A DNA stretch of 64,000 nt from Malacoraja senta. Lineage: Eukaryota. The notes beneath the pieces were generated by a model that had not been told where the DNA came from, did no database searches, and was given only the letters and a program-made list of their open reading frames with translations. Positions 36,246 through 47,319 of this stretch are shown here, piece after piece. The stretch covers positions 1-64,000 of the forward strand of contig JAXLNO010000686.1 of NCBI GenBank assembly GCA_038087875.1, written 5' to 3'. The position numbers and the translations under genes were made by a program. Every line of letters begins with the position of its first letter. The first letter of the stretch is position 1.

Positions 36246-37770
36246 AGGTGTCCCACACCAGGGCATCGGAGATGTCCTCCTTCTTCAGGGAACGGGGGTT
36301 CCCCTCCCATACTATAGATGAGGCTCTCACCAGAGTCTCTTCTATACCCCGTAACACTGCTCTCTCTCCCCATCCCCCCACTCGTAACAAGGGCAGAGTC
36401 CCCCTAGTCCTCAACTTCCACCACACTAGCCGTCACATACAACAGATAATAGAAACATAGACAATAGCAGGAGGAGGCCATTCGGCCCTTCGAGCCAGCA
36501 CCGCCATTCACTGTGATCATGGCTGATCGTCCCCAATCAATAACCCGTGCCTGCCTTCTCCCCATATCCCTTGACTCCACTAGCCCCTAGAGCTCAATCT
36601 AACTCTCTCTTAAATCCATCCAGTGATTTGGCCTCCACTGCCCTCTGTGGCAGGGAATTCCATAAATTCACAACTCTCTGGGTGAATTTTTTTTTTCTCA
36701 CCTCAGTCTTAAATGACCTCCCCTTTATTCTAAGACTGTGGCCCCTGGTTCTGGACTCGCCCTACATTGGGAGCATTTTTCCTGCATCTAGCTTGTCCAG
36801 TCCTTTTATAATTTTATATGTTTCTATAAGATCCCCCCTCATCCTTCTAAACTCCAGTGAATACAAGCCTAGTCTTTTCAATCTTTCCTCATATGACAGT
36901 CCCGCCATCCCAGGGATCAATCTCGTGAACCTAGGCTGCACTGCCTCAATCACAAGGATTTCCTTCCTCAAATTAGGAGACCAAAACTGTACACAAAACT
37001 CCAGATGTGGTCTCACCAGAGCCCCATACAATTGCAGAAGAATCCTCCGACATTTTCGCCACCTCCAACGTGACCCCACCACTCGCCACATCTTCCCATC
37101 TCCCCCCCGTCTGCTTTCCGCAGAGACCGCTCCCTCCGTAACTCCCTGGTCAATTCTTCCCTTCCCACCCGCACCACCCCCTCCCCGGGTATTTTCCCTT
37201 GCAACCGCAAGGGATGCTACACTTGTCGCTTTACCTCCCCCCTCGACTCCATTCAAGGACCCAAGCAGTCGTTCCAGGTGCAACAGAGGTTCACCTGCAT
37301 CTACTCCAACCTCATCTATTGCATCCGCTGCTCTAGATGTCAGCTGATCTATATCGGTGAGACCAAGCGTAAGCTTTTCGATCGTTTCGCCGAACACCTC
37401 CGTTCGGTCCGCATTAACCAACCTGATCTCCCTGTGGCTCAGCACTTCAACTCCCCCACCCATTCCGAATCTGACCTTTCTGTCCTGAGCCTCCTCCATG
37501 GCCAGAGTGAGGCCAACCGGAAATTGGAGGAGCAGCACCTCATATTCCGCTTGGGTAGTCTGCACCCCAGCAGCATAAACATTGAACTCCAATTTCCGGT
37601 AGCCCTTGCTGTCTCCTCTCCTTCTCGGCTCTCGGGCTCATCCTCTTCCTTTCTTCTCCCCGCCACCCCCACATCTGTCAGAAGAAGGGTTTGGGCCCAA
37701 AACGTTGCCTATTTCCTTCGCTCCATAGATGCTGCTGCACCCGCTGAGTTTCTCCAGCATTTTTGTCTAC
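36246..37770 (+). mobile_element. Penelope-like element, 3' half, with nested CR1 (36451-37040, minus)
   Basis: ORF 37278-37823 NLIYCIRCSRCQLIYIGETKR...RFAEH (GIY-YIG); pLTR at about 37670-37770. Confidence 0.92.
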
Positions 37771-40225
37771 ATTCCATTAGCTTTCTTCACTGCCTGCTGT
37801 ACCTGTTAGCCAACTTTCAGTGACCGGTGTACAAGGACGCCCAGGTCTCGCTGCACCTCCCCCTTACCTAACCTAACCCCATTGAGATAATATTCTGCCC
37901 TCTTGTTTTTTCCGCCAAAGTGGATAACCTCACATTTATCTATATTATACTGCATCTGCCACACATCTACCCACTCACTCAACCTGTCCAGGTCACCCTG
38001 CAACCTCCTAACATCCTCTTCAAAGTTCACACTGCCACCCAGCTTGGTTCATCTGCTAACTTGCTAGTGTTGCTCCTAATTCCCTCTTGCAAATCATTAA
38101 TATATATGGTAAACAGTTGCGGTCCCAACACCGAGCCTTGCGGCACTCCACTCGCCACTGCCTGCCATTCAGAAAAGGACCCGTTCACCTCTACGCTTTG
38201 CTTCCTGTCTGTCAACCAATTTTCTATCCATGTCAACACCCTACCCCCAATACCATGTGCTCCAATTTTAATCACCAGTCTCCCGTGGGACCTTATCAAA
38301 GGCTTTCTGAAAGTCTAGATATACTACATCCACTGGCTCCCCTTCATCCATTTTACTTGTCACATCCTCAAACAATTCCAGAAGATTGGTCAAGCATGAT
38401 TTCCCTTTCATAAATCCATGTTGACTTGGACTAATCCTTTTACTGCTATTCAAATGCCCCATTATTACCTCTTTAATAATTGACTCCAGCATCTTTCCCA
38501 TCACCAAAGTCAGGCTAACTGGTCTGTAATTCCCCGTTTTCTCTCTCACTCCTTTCTTGAAAAGTGGGATAACATTAGCTATCCTCCAATCCACAGGAAC
38601 TGATCCTGAATCTATTGAACATTGGAAAATGATCACCAATGCATCCACTATTTCTAGAGCCACCTCCCTGAGGACCCTGGGATGCAGACCATCAGGCCCA
38701 GGGGATTTATCATCCTTCAGTCCCATGAGGCTACCCAATACTATTTCTCGCCTAATGGCAATTTCTTTCAGTTCCTCTACCCCCTTAGATCCTTGGTCCT
38801 TCAGTACTTCTGGGAGATTCTTTGTGTCTTCCTTGGTGAAGACAGATCAGAAGTACCTGTTCAACTCCTCTGCCATTTCCTTGTTCCCCATAATAATTTC
38901 ACCCGTGCCTGCCTTTTGACCCCACATTTGACTTTGCTATTCTTACTCCCTTAACAAATCTAAAGAAGCTCTTACTGTCCTTCTTTATATTCCTGGCCAG
39001 CTTCCCCTCGTACTTCATCTTTTCAGCCTGTATTGTCCATTTGTTCCCTTGTGTTGTCCTATGAAAGTTTCCCAATCCTCTGGCTTCCGGCTACTCTTTG
39101 CTGTGTAATACATCTTTTTTTAAAGTTTTATTCTATCCCTAACTTCTCTTGTCAGCCACGGTTGCCTCCTACTCCCCTTAGAATCTTTCTTCCTTTTTGG
39201 AATGAAATGATCTTGCGTCTTCTGGATTATGCCCAGAAATTCCTGCCATTGCTGTTCCACAGTCATTCCTGCTAGGATCCCTTTCCAGTCTACCTTGGCC
39301 TGCTCCTCTCTCATGCTTCATAGTCCCCTTTGTTCAACTGCATCACTGCCACTTCCGATTTAACATTCCCCTTCTCAAATTGCAGATGAAAACTAATCAT
39401 ATTATGATCACTACCTCCTCTTCTCTTTATCAAATTTGGTTCATTGGACAACACAGAATCCAGAATTGCCTTTTCTCTGATTGGCTCCATTATAAGGTGC
39501 TCTAAGAATCCATCCTGGAGGCACTCTACAAACTCTCTTTCTTGGGGTCCTGAACCAACCTGGTTTTCCCAGTCTACCTGCATATTGAAATCCCAAACCA
39601 CCACAATGGCATTACCTTTGTTACATGCCAGTTTTAACTGCTGCTGCAACTAACACCCTACATCTGGGCTACTATTTGGGGGTCTGTAGATAACACCAAT
39701 TAGTGTATTTCTGCCTTCGCAATTCCTCAACTCAATCCACAGTGACTCTACCTCGTCAGTCCCTATGTTTTCCCCCCTTATTTAGTTTAAATCCACCTGT
39801 GTCGCAGTGGCAAACCTGCCTGCCAGAATGCCGGTCCCCCACCTGTTAAGGTGCAATCCGTCCCTTTTTTGTACAGTTCCCCCCTACTCCAAAACTGATC
39901 CCAGTGGTCTAAGAATCTAAATCCCTGCCCCCTGCACAAGTTCCCCAGCCATTCAGGTCTTGTATCTCCCTGTTCCTGCTCTCGCCAGCACGAGAAACAG
40001 GAAGCAAACCACCCTGGAGGTCCTGCTTTTCAGCCTTTTTCCGAGATCTCTAAAGTCACGCTTCAGAATATTCATCCCCTTCTTTCTGACATCGTTTGTG
40101 CCGGCATGCACTACAACTTCCGGCTGTTCACCTTCGCCCTTGATGATTTTCTGCACTCTGTCCGTGACATCCTGGATCCTGGCATCTGGTAGGCAGCACA
40201 CCATCCTCGCATCCCGTCTGTTGCC
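37771..40225 (-). mobile_element. Degenerate CR1 (ORF1 esterase part, APE, RT)
   Basis: ORF pieces 40204-39953, 39649-39311, 38738-38268 and 38299-37806. Confidence 0.92.
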
Positions 40226-40227
40226 TC

Positions 40228-42447
40228 ACGTCATAGTTACAGTCATGAGGCTCTGGACACATTGTAAAAATGATTCCAGCATCAACAACAGAGCAGTGAG
40301 CAGGAGGTGGATGATCCTCTGGAAGGGACCTCTTCGCCAGGCCCCTCCATGAGCATTCCAGGAGGCAGATGTTGCAGGAGAGCAACAGTGGCGGCTCCAC
40401 ACCTGGAGGGGATGACGAAGGGAGAGGTTTTAAAGACCACTTGACTGTTGTAAGTACATAGAGTTAGAAGTCAGCACATTTCAATTCTCATTCGCCAATG
40501 CATCCATCCATCCACCATCGCGCTCTTAACATGGGTTCTTATGTTTCAGCTCACTGACTTTGTAAAAGGTGTAAAAGTGATGAGTGATGCACGCAGGGAA
40601 ACGACACCACAATACGACCATGTAGTTAAAGTCTGTGAGTGTGTGGCCTCAGTGACAACCAACAATCCCACAGGGAACGTTTGGGCGTTCAAAAAACCTC
40701 TCTTGACTAATGCAATCGTCTACCACGAGAATGTAAATATTACATTTCAATTATATGTACTTCTGTTATCGCTTGGCTTCAATATCTTGACTTCTCATAT
40801 GACACTGTCACAATGATTTAATGTGTGTTGTTGTCTGCGCAGGAATTGAAAGAAGTGGCACATGAAACAGTGGTGCCGTGCCCCACATATCTACTGCCTC
40901 ATCCTTTGCCCTATTTTGATCAGGTATTGAAAATCAGGTGAACGCTTCCATTAGTGTAGTCCTTTGACATTGAAGTGCTCAGTGAGATTTTTTTAATGTA
41001 TTGAGTTCCACTAATATATGATTCTCTAATTCAAACGCAGTCAGTGAGGTTACAGCGAGCACAACCACATTACCAGGCAGCACAGGTGTACAATTCAAAG
41101 CGTATTATTTTGTGTTAGATTGTAGTTTAAATAATTTTCATTCACAACCGCATAAGGCCATTAAATTATTTATCTTCCTTGAATGATGTGATGCAAGAAT
41201 AGTCCATGATTTGCCCTAAAAGACATAATACATTTTCATAAAGTTTACAGTAAAATCTGGAATAACCCAACTGCACCTTTTTATGGTCTGCTAAAAAGCT
41301 TTTAACATGTACTTCCTACATCTTTTCCAGAGACACCTTCCATCACCACTCACTTTCACACATCTGCAGCCTGCTGTAACAGCCTTAACTGCAGTGGCAT
41401 CTGGATATTGAGAAGGCCGTCTCCGTGGAAAAGAAACACCTGTGGATGAAGGGAGAGGGGCACAGGGACAATGGGACTGTAGTAAAGTTTACCCTTTGAT
41501 GTAGATTCTTATCTGTATGTTAACGATGTTTTTTTCCCTGTTTGAGCTTGTTTTCATTTTGTTTGCATACTCCCACATTTTGTAGTGGGTTATAGTGTTA
41601 AACACCTTTTTAAGAATCCGTTTGATTCTTACTGTTTGTTTACTTTTGTACACAATAAAAGAGACTTCTATGTTCTCAAAATAAACTTGATGTCTGCAAG
41701 TCTTCATTTTAATATCATTCCGTAGTATCATGACTTTAATGTACTATTTCCTTCATCATGAAACACCAAATAGAGGATGCAATCTATTCACATCTTACAT
41801 CTCACAATCATTCGTGAGAGTGAGAAAGGACTCGGGTTCCTCATTTGCTGTGCCTTTTAAATGTAATATAATTTCACCTCTCAGTAGATCAGAAAATAAG
41901 ACAAACAGCACTGTGAATATGAAACAAAGTCTTTATTCATCTTGTTCAATAAATAAAGGCCATTTTTACACATCTTGATAAATGGAGCACCACAGCAAAC
42001 AATGGTGGTTTGCAATAGGGCTTACCGAACATGTCAATTAGCAAATGAAACACAAAGAGGTTTTTCCAGTATTTCTTATCGTTCAGCTGACAAATGAAGC
42101 ACCAGCCTACATTCTGACAATAAAACAGACAATGCAATGAATTCAAGGGCTATGTTTGCAGATCTACCAACACTAATCAGACAAGCAGATGCATGATAAA
42201 TACTACTTTATGAACAGACATCTGCAATTAAATTATTTACACAAAAGTGAAAATAAAAATCCACACTTAAACTGAAATCAAACAAAGTCAGCAGGATTTA
42301 AACTAAACATAGCATTCACTGATCTTGTCTGCATGTGGGTTCTCCTCAACAGGGTGTGCCTGTTGTCCCTCAAATGACTTAGTTCTGCCACGGCACACTG
42401 CCCAGTGTTGAGTTATAGTATGAGCAGAGATGGTCTCTCTGCTCTTT
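40228..42447 (-). mobile_element. Harbinger transposon remnant: transposase C-terminus (minus) plus convergent spliced exon remnants (plus)
   Basis: 42447-42370 on minus reads KEQRDHLCSYYNSTLGSVPWQN and matches 59618-59690; plus-strand splice signals at 40450, 40842/40924 and 41330. Confidence 0.6.
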
Positions 42448-42544
42448 TAGAAACATAGAAACATAGAAATTAGGTGCAGGAGTAGGCCATTCGGCCCTTC
42501 GAGCCTGCACCGCCATTCAATATGATCATGGCTGATCATCCAAC

Positions 42545-45500
42545 TCAGTATCCCGTACCTGCCTTCTCTCCATACCCTCTGATCCCTTTAGCCACAAGGG
42601 CCACATCTAGCTCCCTCTTAAATATAGCCAATGAACTGGCCTCGACTACCCTCTGTGGCAGAGAGTTCCAGAGATTCACCACTCTCTGTGTGAAAAAAGT
42701 TCTTCTCATCTCGGTTTTAAAGGATTTCCCCCTTATCCTTAAGCTGTGACCCCTTGTCCTGGACTTCCCCAACATCGGGAGCAATCTTCCTGCATCTAGC
42801 CTGTCCAACCCCTTAAGAATTTTGTAAGTTTCTATAAGATCCCCCCTCAATCTTCTAAATTCCAGAGAGTATAAACCAAGTCTATCCAGTCTTTCTTCAT
42901 AAGACAGTCCTGACATCCCAGGAATCAGTCTCGTGAACCTTCTCTGCACTCCCTCTATGGCAATAATGTCCTTCCTCAGATTTGGAGACCAAAACTGTAC
43001 GCAATATTCCAGGTGTGGTCTCCCCAAGACCCTGTACAACTGCAGTAGAACCTCCCTGCTCCTATACTCAAATCCTTTTGCTATGAAAGCTAACATACCA
43101 TTCGCTTTCTTCACTGCCTGCTGCACCTGCATGCCTACTTTCAATGACTGGTGTACCATGACACCCAGGTCTCGCTGCATCTCCCCTTTTCCTAGTCGGC
43201 CACCATTTAGAAAATAGTCTGCTTTCCTGTTTTTGCCACCAAAATGGATAACCTCACATTTATCCACATTATACTGCATCTGCCAAACATTTTCCCACTC
43301 ACCCAGCCTATCCAAGTCACCTTGCAGTCTCCTAGCATCCTCCTCACAGCTAACACTGCCCCCCAGCTTAGTGTCATCCGCAAACTTGGAGATATTGCCT
43401 TCAATTCCCTCATCCAGGTCATTAATATATATTGTAAATAGCTGGGGTCCCAGCACTGAGCCTTGCGGTACCCCACTAGTCACTGCCTGCCATTGTGAAA
43501 AGGACCCGTTTACTCCTACTCTTTGCTTCCTGTTTGCCAGCCAGTTCTCTATCCACATCAATACTGAACCCCCAATGCCATGTGCTTTAAGTTTGTATAC
43601 TAATCTCTTATGTGGTACCTTGTCGAAAGCCTTCTGGAAGTCCAGATACAACACATCCACTGGTTCTCCCCTATCCACTCTACTAGTTACATCCTCGAAA
43701 AATTCTATAAGATTCGTCAGACACGATTTACCTTTCGTAAATCCATGCTGACTTTGTCCCATGATTTCACCACTTTCCAAATGTGCTGCTATCCCATCTT
43801 TAATAACTGACTCTAGCAGTTTCCCCACTACCGATGTTAGACTAACTGGTCTGTAATTCCCCGTTTTCTCTCTCCCTCCCTTCTTAAAAAGTGGGGTTAC
43901 GTTTGCTACCCGCCAATCCTCAGGAACTACTCCAGAATCTAAAGAATTTTGAAAGATTATTACTAATGCATCCACTATTTCTGGAGCTACTTCCTTAAGT
44001 ACTCTGGGATGCAGCCTATCTGGCCCTGGGGATTTATCGGCCTTTAATCCATTCAATTTACCCAAAACCACTTCCCGACTAACCTGGATTTCACTCAATT
44101 CCTCCAACTCCTTTGACCCGCGGTCCCCTGCTATTTCTGGCAGATTATTTATGTCTTCCTTAGTGAAGACGGAACCAAAGTAGTTATTCAATTGGTCCGC
44201 CATATCCTTGTTCCCCATGATCAACTCACCTGTTTCTGACTGCAAGGGACCTACATTTGTTTTAACTAATCTCTTTCTTTTTACATATTTATAAAAACTT
44301 TTGCAGTCAGTTTTTATGTTCCCTGCCAGTTTTCTTTCATAATCTATTTTTCCTTTCCTAATTAAGCCCTTTGTCCTCCTCTGCTGGTCTCTGAATTTCT
44401 CCCAGTCCTCTGGTATGCTGCTTTTTCTGGCTAATTTGTACGCATCATCTTTCGCTTTGATACCATCCCTGATTTCCCTTGTTATCCACGGATGCACTAC
44501 CTTCCCTGATTTATTCTTTTGCCAAACTGGGATGAACAATTTTTGTAGTTCATCCATGCAGTCTTTAAATGTCTTCCATTGCATGTCCACCGTCAACCCT
44601 TTTAGAATTAATTGCCAGTCAATCATGGCCAATTCATGTCTCATACCCTCAAAGTTACCTTTCTTTAAGTTCAGAACCATTGTTTCTGAATTAACAATGT
44701 CACTCTCCATCCTAATGAAGAACTCAACCATATTATGGTCACTCTTGCCCAAGGGGGCACGTACAACAAGACTGCTAACTAACCCTTCCTCATTACTCAA
44801 TACCCAGTCTAAAATAGCCTGCTCTCTCGTTGGTTCCTCTACATGTTGATTTAGATAACTATCCCGCATACATTCCAAGAAATCCTCTTCCTCAGCTCCC
44901 CTGCCAATTTGATTCACCCAATCTATATGTAGATTGAAGTCACCCGTTATAACTGTTTTGCCTTTGTCGCACGCATTTCTAATTTCCTGTTTGATGCCAT
45001 CCCCAACTTCACTACTACTGCTAGGTGGCCTGTACACAACACCCACCAGCGTTTTCTGCCCCTTAGTGTTTCGCAGCTCTACCCATACCGATTCCACATC
45101 CTCCAAGCTAATGTCCTTCCTTTCCACTGCGTTAATCTCCTCTCTAACCAGCAACGTTACCCCACCTCCTTTTCCTTTCTCTCTATCCCTCCTGAATATT
45201 GAATATCCCTGGTTCAGCTCCCAGCCTTGGTCACCCTGGAGCCATGTCTCCGTGATCCCAACTATATCATAGTCATTAATAGCTATCTGCACATTCAACT
45301 CATCCACCTTATTACGAATGCTCCTTGCATTGAGACACAAAGCCTTCAGGCTTGTTTTTACAACACTCTTACCCCTTATACAATTCTGTTGAAAAGTGGC
45401 CCTTTTTGATTTTTGCCCTGGTTTTGTCTGTCTTCCACTTTTACTTTTCACCTTGCTACCTATTGCTTCTACCCTCATTTTACACTCCTCTGTCTCTACG

Positions 45501-45634
45501 CTCACACATTTAAGAAACCCTTTCCCTTTAACTCCATCCTCCACTATCCCATTCGACACCCCACCCCCCTTATTCAGTTTAAAACCACCCGTGTAGCAGT
45601 GGCAAACCTGCCTGCCAGAATGCTGGTCCCACAC
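42545..45634 (-). CDS. CR1 ORF2: APE endonuclease plus reverse transcriptase (frame opens at GTG 45634; first ATG 45478 gives 977 aa)
   Basis: LNARS, ITETW, GDFN, SDH; NYRPVSLTS, QHGF, LDFQKAFD, GVPQGSVLGP, FADD; no stop codons. Confidence 0.96.
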   Translation of the reverse strand: MWDQHSGRQVCHCYTGGFKLNKGGGVSNGIVEDGVKGKGFLKCVSVETEECKMRVEAIGSKVKSKSGRQTKPGQKSKRATFQQNCIRGKSVVKTSLKALCLNARSIRNKVDELNVQIAINDYDIVGITETWLQGDQGWELNQGYSIFRRDREKGKGGGVTLLVREEINAVERKDISLEDVESVWVELRNTKGQKTLVGVVYRPPSSSSEVGDGIKQEIRNACDKGKTVITGDFNLHIDWVNQIGRGAEEEDFLECMRDSYLNQHVEEPTREQAILDWVLSNEEGLVSSLVVRAPLGKSDHNMVEFFIRMESDIVNSETMVLNLKKGNFEGMRHELAMIDWQLILKGLTVDMQWKTFKDCMDELQKLFIPVWQKNKSGKVVHPWITREIRDGIKAKDDAYKLARKSSIPEDWEKFRDQQRRTKGLIRKGKIDYERKLAGNIKTDCKSFYKYVKRKRLVKTNVGPLQSETGELIMGNKDMADQLNNYFGSVFTKEDINNLPEIAGDRGSKELEELSEIQVSREVVLGKLNGLKADKSPGPDRLHPRVLKEVAPEIVDALVIIFQNSLDSGVVPEDWRVANVTPLFKKGGREKTGNYRPVSLTSVVGKLLESVIKDGIAAHLESGEIMGQSQHGFTKGKSCLTNLIEFFEDVTSRVDRGEPVDVLYLDFQKAFDKVPHKRLVYKLKAHGIGGSVLMWIENWLANRKQRVGVNGSFSQWQAVTSGVPQGSVLGPQLFTIYINDLDEGIEGNISKFADDTKLGGSVSCEEDARRLQGDLDRLGEWENVWQMQYNVDKCEVIHFGGKNRKADYFLNGGRLGKGEMQRDLGVMVHQSLKVGMQVQQAVKKANGMLAFIAKGFEYRSREVLLQLYRVLGRPHLEYCVQFWSPNLRKDIIAIEGVQRRFTRLIPGMSGLSYEERLDRLGLYSLEFRRLRGDLIETYKILKGLDRLDAGRLLPMLGKSRTRGHSLRIRGKSFKTEMRRTFFTQRVVNLWNSLPQRVVEASSLAIFKRELDVALVAKGIRGYGEKAGTGY

Positions 45635-46500
45635 CTGTTAAGATGCAATCCGTCCCTTTTGTACAGTTCCCCCTTACCCCAAAACAGATCCCAGTGTTCT
45701 AAGAATCTAAATCCCTGCCCCGTGCACCAGTTCCTGAGCCACACGTTCAGGTCCCGTATCTCCCTGTTCCTGCTCTCGCCAGCACGAGGAACTGGAAGCA
45801 AACCGGAGATAACAACCCTGGAGGTCCTGCTTTTCAGCATTTTTCCGAGCTCTATAAAGTCACGCTGCAGAATATTCATCCCCTTCTTTCCGACATCGTT
45901 TGTGCCGACATGGACTACCACTTCCGGATGTTCACCTTCGCCCTTGAGGATTTTCTGCACTCTGTCCGTGACATCCTGGATCTTGGCACCAGGAAGGCAG
46001 CACACCATCCTCGCATCCTGTCTGTTGCCACAGAAACCCCTGTCCGTACCTCTCACAATGGAGTCTCCCACTACAATGGCGTTGCCTGCCTTAGGCCTTT
46101 TTGGTTTTGGCTCAACAGCCCTATTCGCATCGCAAGCCAGTCCGCCGCTCAGTGTAAACACGTCTTCTGTCCCAACAGCTTCTAAGTGGGTGAACCTGTT
46201 CACAAGAGGTACAACACCCGGGGACGTTGGCATTCCATGCTTCCCTCCCTTTCTCACCGTCTCCCACCTTCTCTCTTCCAGTACCTTAGGTGTAACAATC
46301 GTACTGTAGGACTTGTCGAGGAACGACTCCGTTTCTCGGACGAACCTGAGGTCATCCACTTGCTTCTCCAGTTCCCCAACACGGCCCTTCAGGAGCTCTA
46401 CCTGGATGCACTTCTCGCATTTGTAGCAGCCAGAGGCACCAGCGGTGTCCTTGACCTCCCACATACTGCAAGCATCGCACTGAATCAGCTTGCCTGACAT
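45574..46500 (-). CDS. CR1 ORF1: zinc finger/leucine zipper plus SGNH esterase, 308 aa
   Basis: CDAC...CEKC, heptad LKGRVGELEKQVDDL, GDSIVRG, HVGTND, DGLHLN. Confidence 0.95.
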   Translation of the reverse strand: MSGKLIQCDACSMWEVKDTAGASGCYKCEKCIQVELLKGRVGELEKQVDDLRFVRETESFLDKSYSTIVTPKVLEERRWETVRKGGKHGMPTSPGVVPLVNRFTHLEAVGTEDVFTLSGGLACDANRAVEPKPKRPKAGNAIVVGDSIVRGTDRGFCGNRQDARMVCCLPGAKIQDVTDRVQKILKGEGEHPEVVVHVGTNDVGKKGMNILQRDFIELGKMLKSRTSRVVISGLLPVPRAGESRNREIRDLNVWLRNWCTGQGFRFLEHWDLFWGKGELYKRDGLHLNRCGTSILAGRFATATRVVLN

Positions 46501-47319
46501 CTCCTTCTTTCGTCTCTACCTCTCAAGCGTATTGCGTAGTCTCCTCTCCTCAGCCTCCTCGCCGAAGACTCTCGAGCCAAAGACTCACACTTTACTCACA
46601 GGGCACTTCCCTCACAAGGCCACTCACTCACTGCCGTTCGCTAAGAGCCGTCTTGCTTAAATTGACGGATAAATTGCCTGATTTACCACTTTACAAACAA
46701 AATTCCTCAGTTTTCAACTGTTTTCCCGGCACTGACTCACTTCTCTCCTCCCACTCGGGCTAGAGCCAATCAGTCGTATCTCTTGCTAATCTCCTGCTGC
46801 TGTTGCTCCCAAATCTACAGCAGTTCTGAATAAAGTCTGCCTGTGCTTGGCTTCTACTTTTCAACTGTTTTTCCCCCCTCTGACTCACTTCTCTCCTCCC
46901 ACTCGGGCTAGAGCCAATCAGTCGTATCTCTTGCTAATCTCCTGCTGCTGTTGCTCCCAAATCTACAGCAGTTCTGAATAAAGTCTGCCTGTGCTTGGCT
47001 TCTACTTGGCTTTGCACTGTTAGTCCCCGTGTTACCTGGAAAACGCTGCAGTGACACCAAAATCGCGCCGTATACACCACTCCTCCATGCCCCTGGTGTT
47101 ATGCTCCCTGTTTGACTGTCCACCAAGTCACCGTCCTGCATGGCTACTTGTGTTATGGACTTGGACCCCAAGATCCCTCTGTACATCTACACTGTTATGG
47201 CCATTGCATTGATTGTATATTTTCTCCTTACATTTTGATCTCTCAAAGTGCAACACGTCACACATGCTTGGGTTAAACTCCATCTGCCATTTTTCCACCC
47301 ATTTCTGCATCTGATCTAT

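Larger units (their letters stand above)
42448..47008 (-). mobile_element. Full-length CR1 LINE (family A), both ORFs open
   Basis: 5' region with two units of about 149 bp, ORF1, ORF2, 3' hairpin and (CTATGTTT)n tail. Confidence 0.95.

Noticed and set aside
36762..37592. 276-aa ORF that looks like a novel fusion protein
   Set aside because: Antisense Penelope sequence reading into a nested CR1 fragment.
42933..46309. Numerous plus-strand ORFs opposite the CR1 ORFs
   Set aside because: Antisense shadows of the CR1 coding frame, recurring in every copy and showing no domains.
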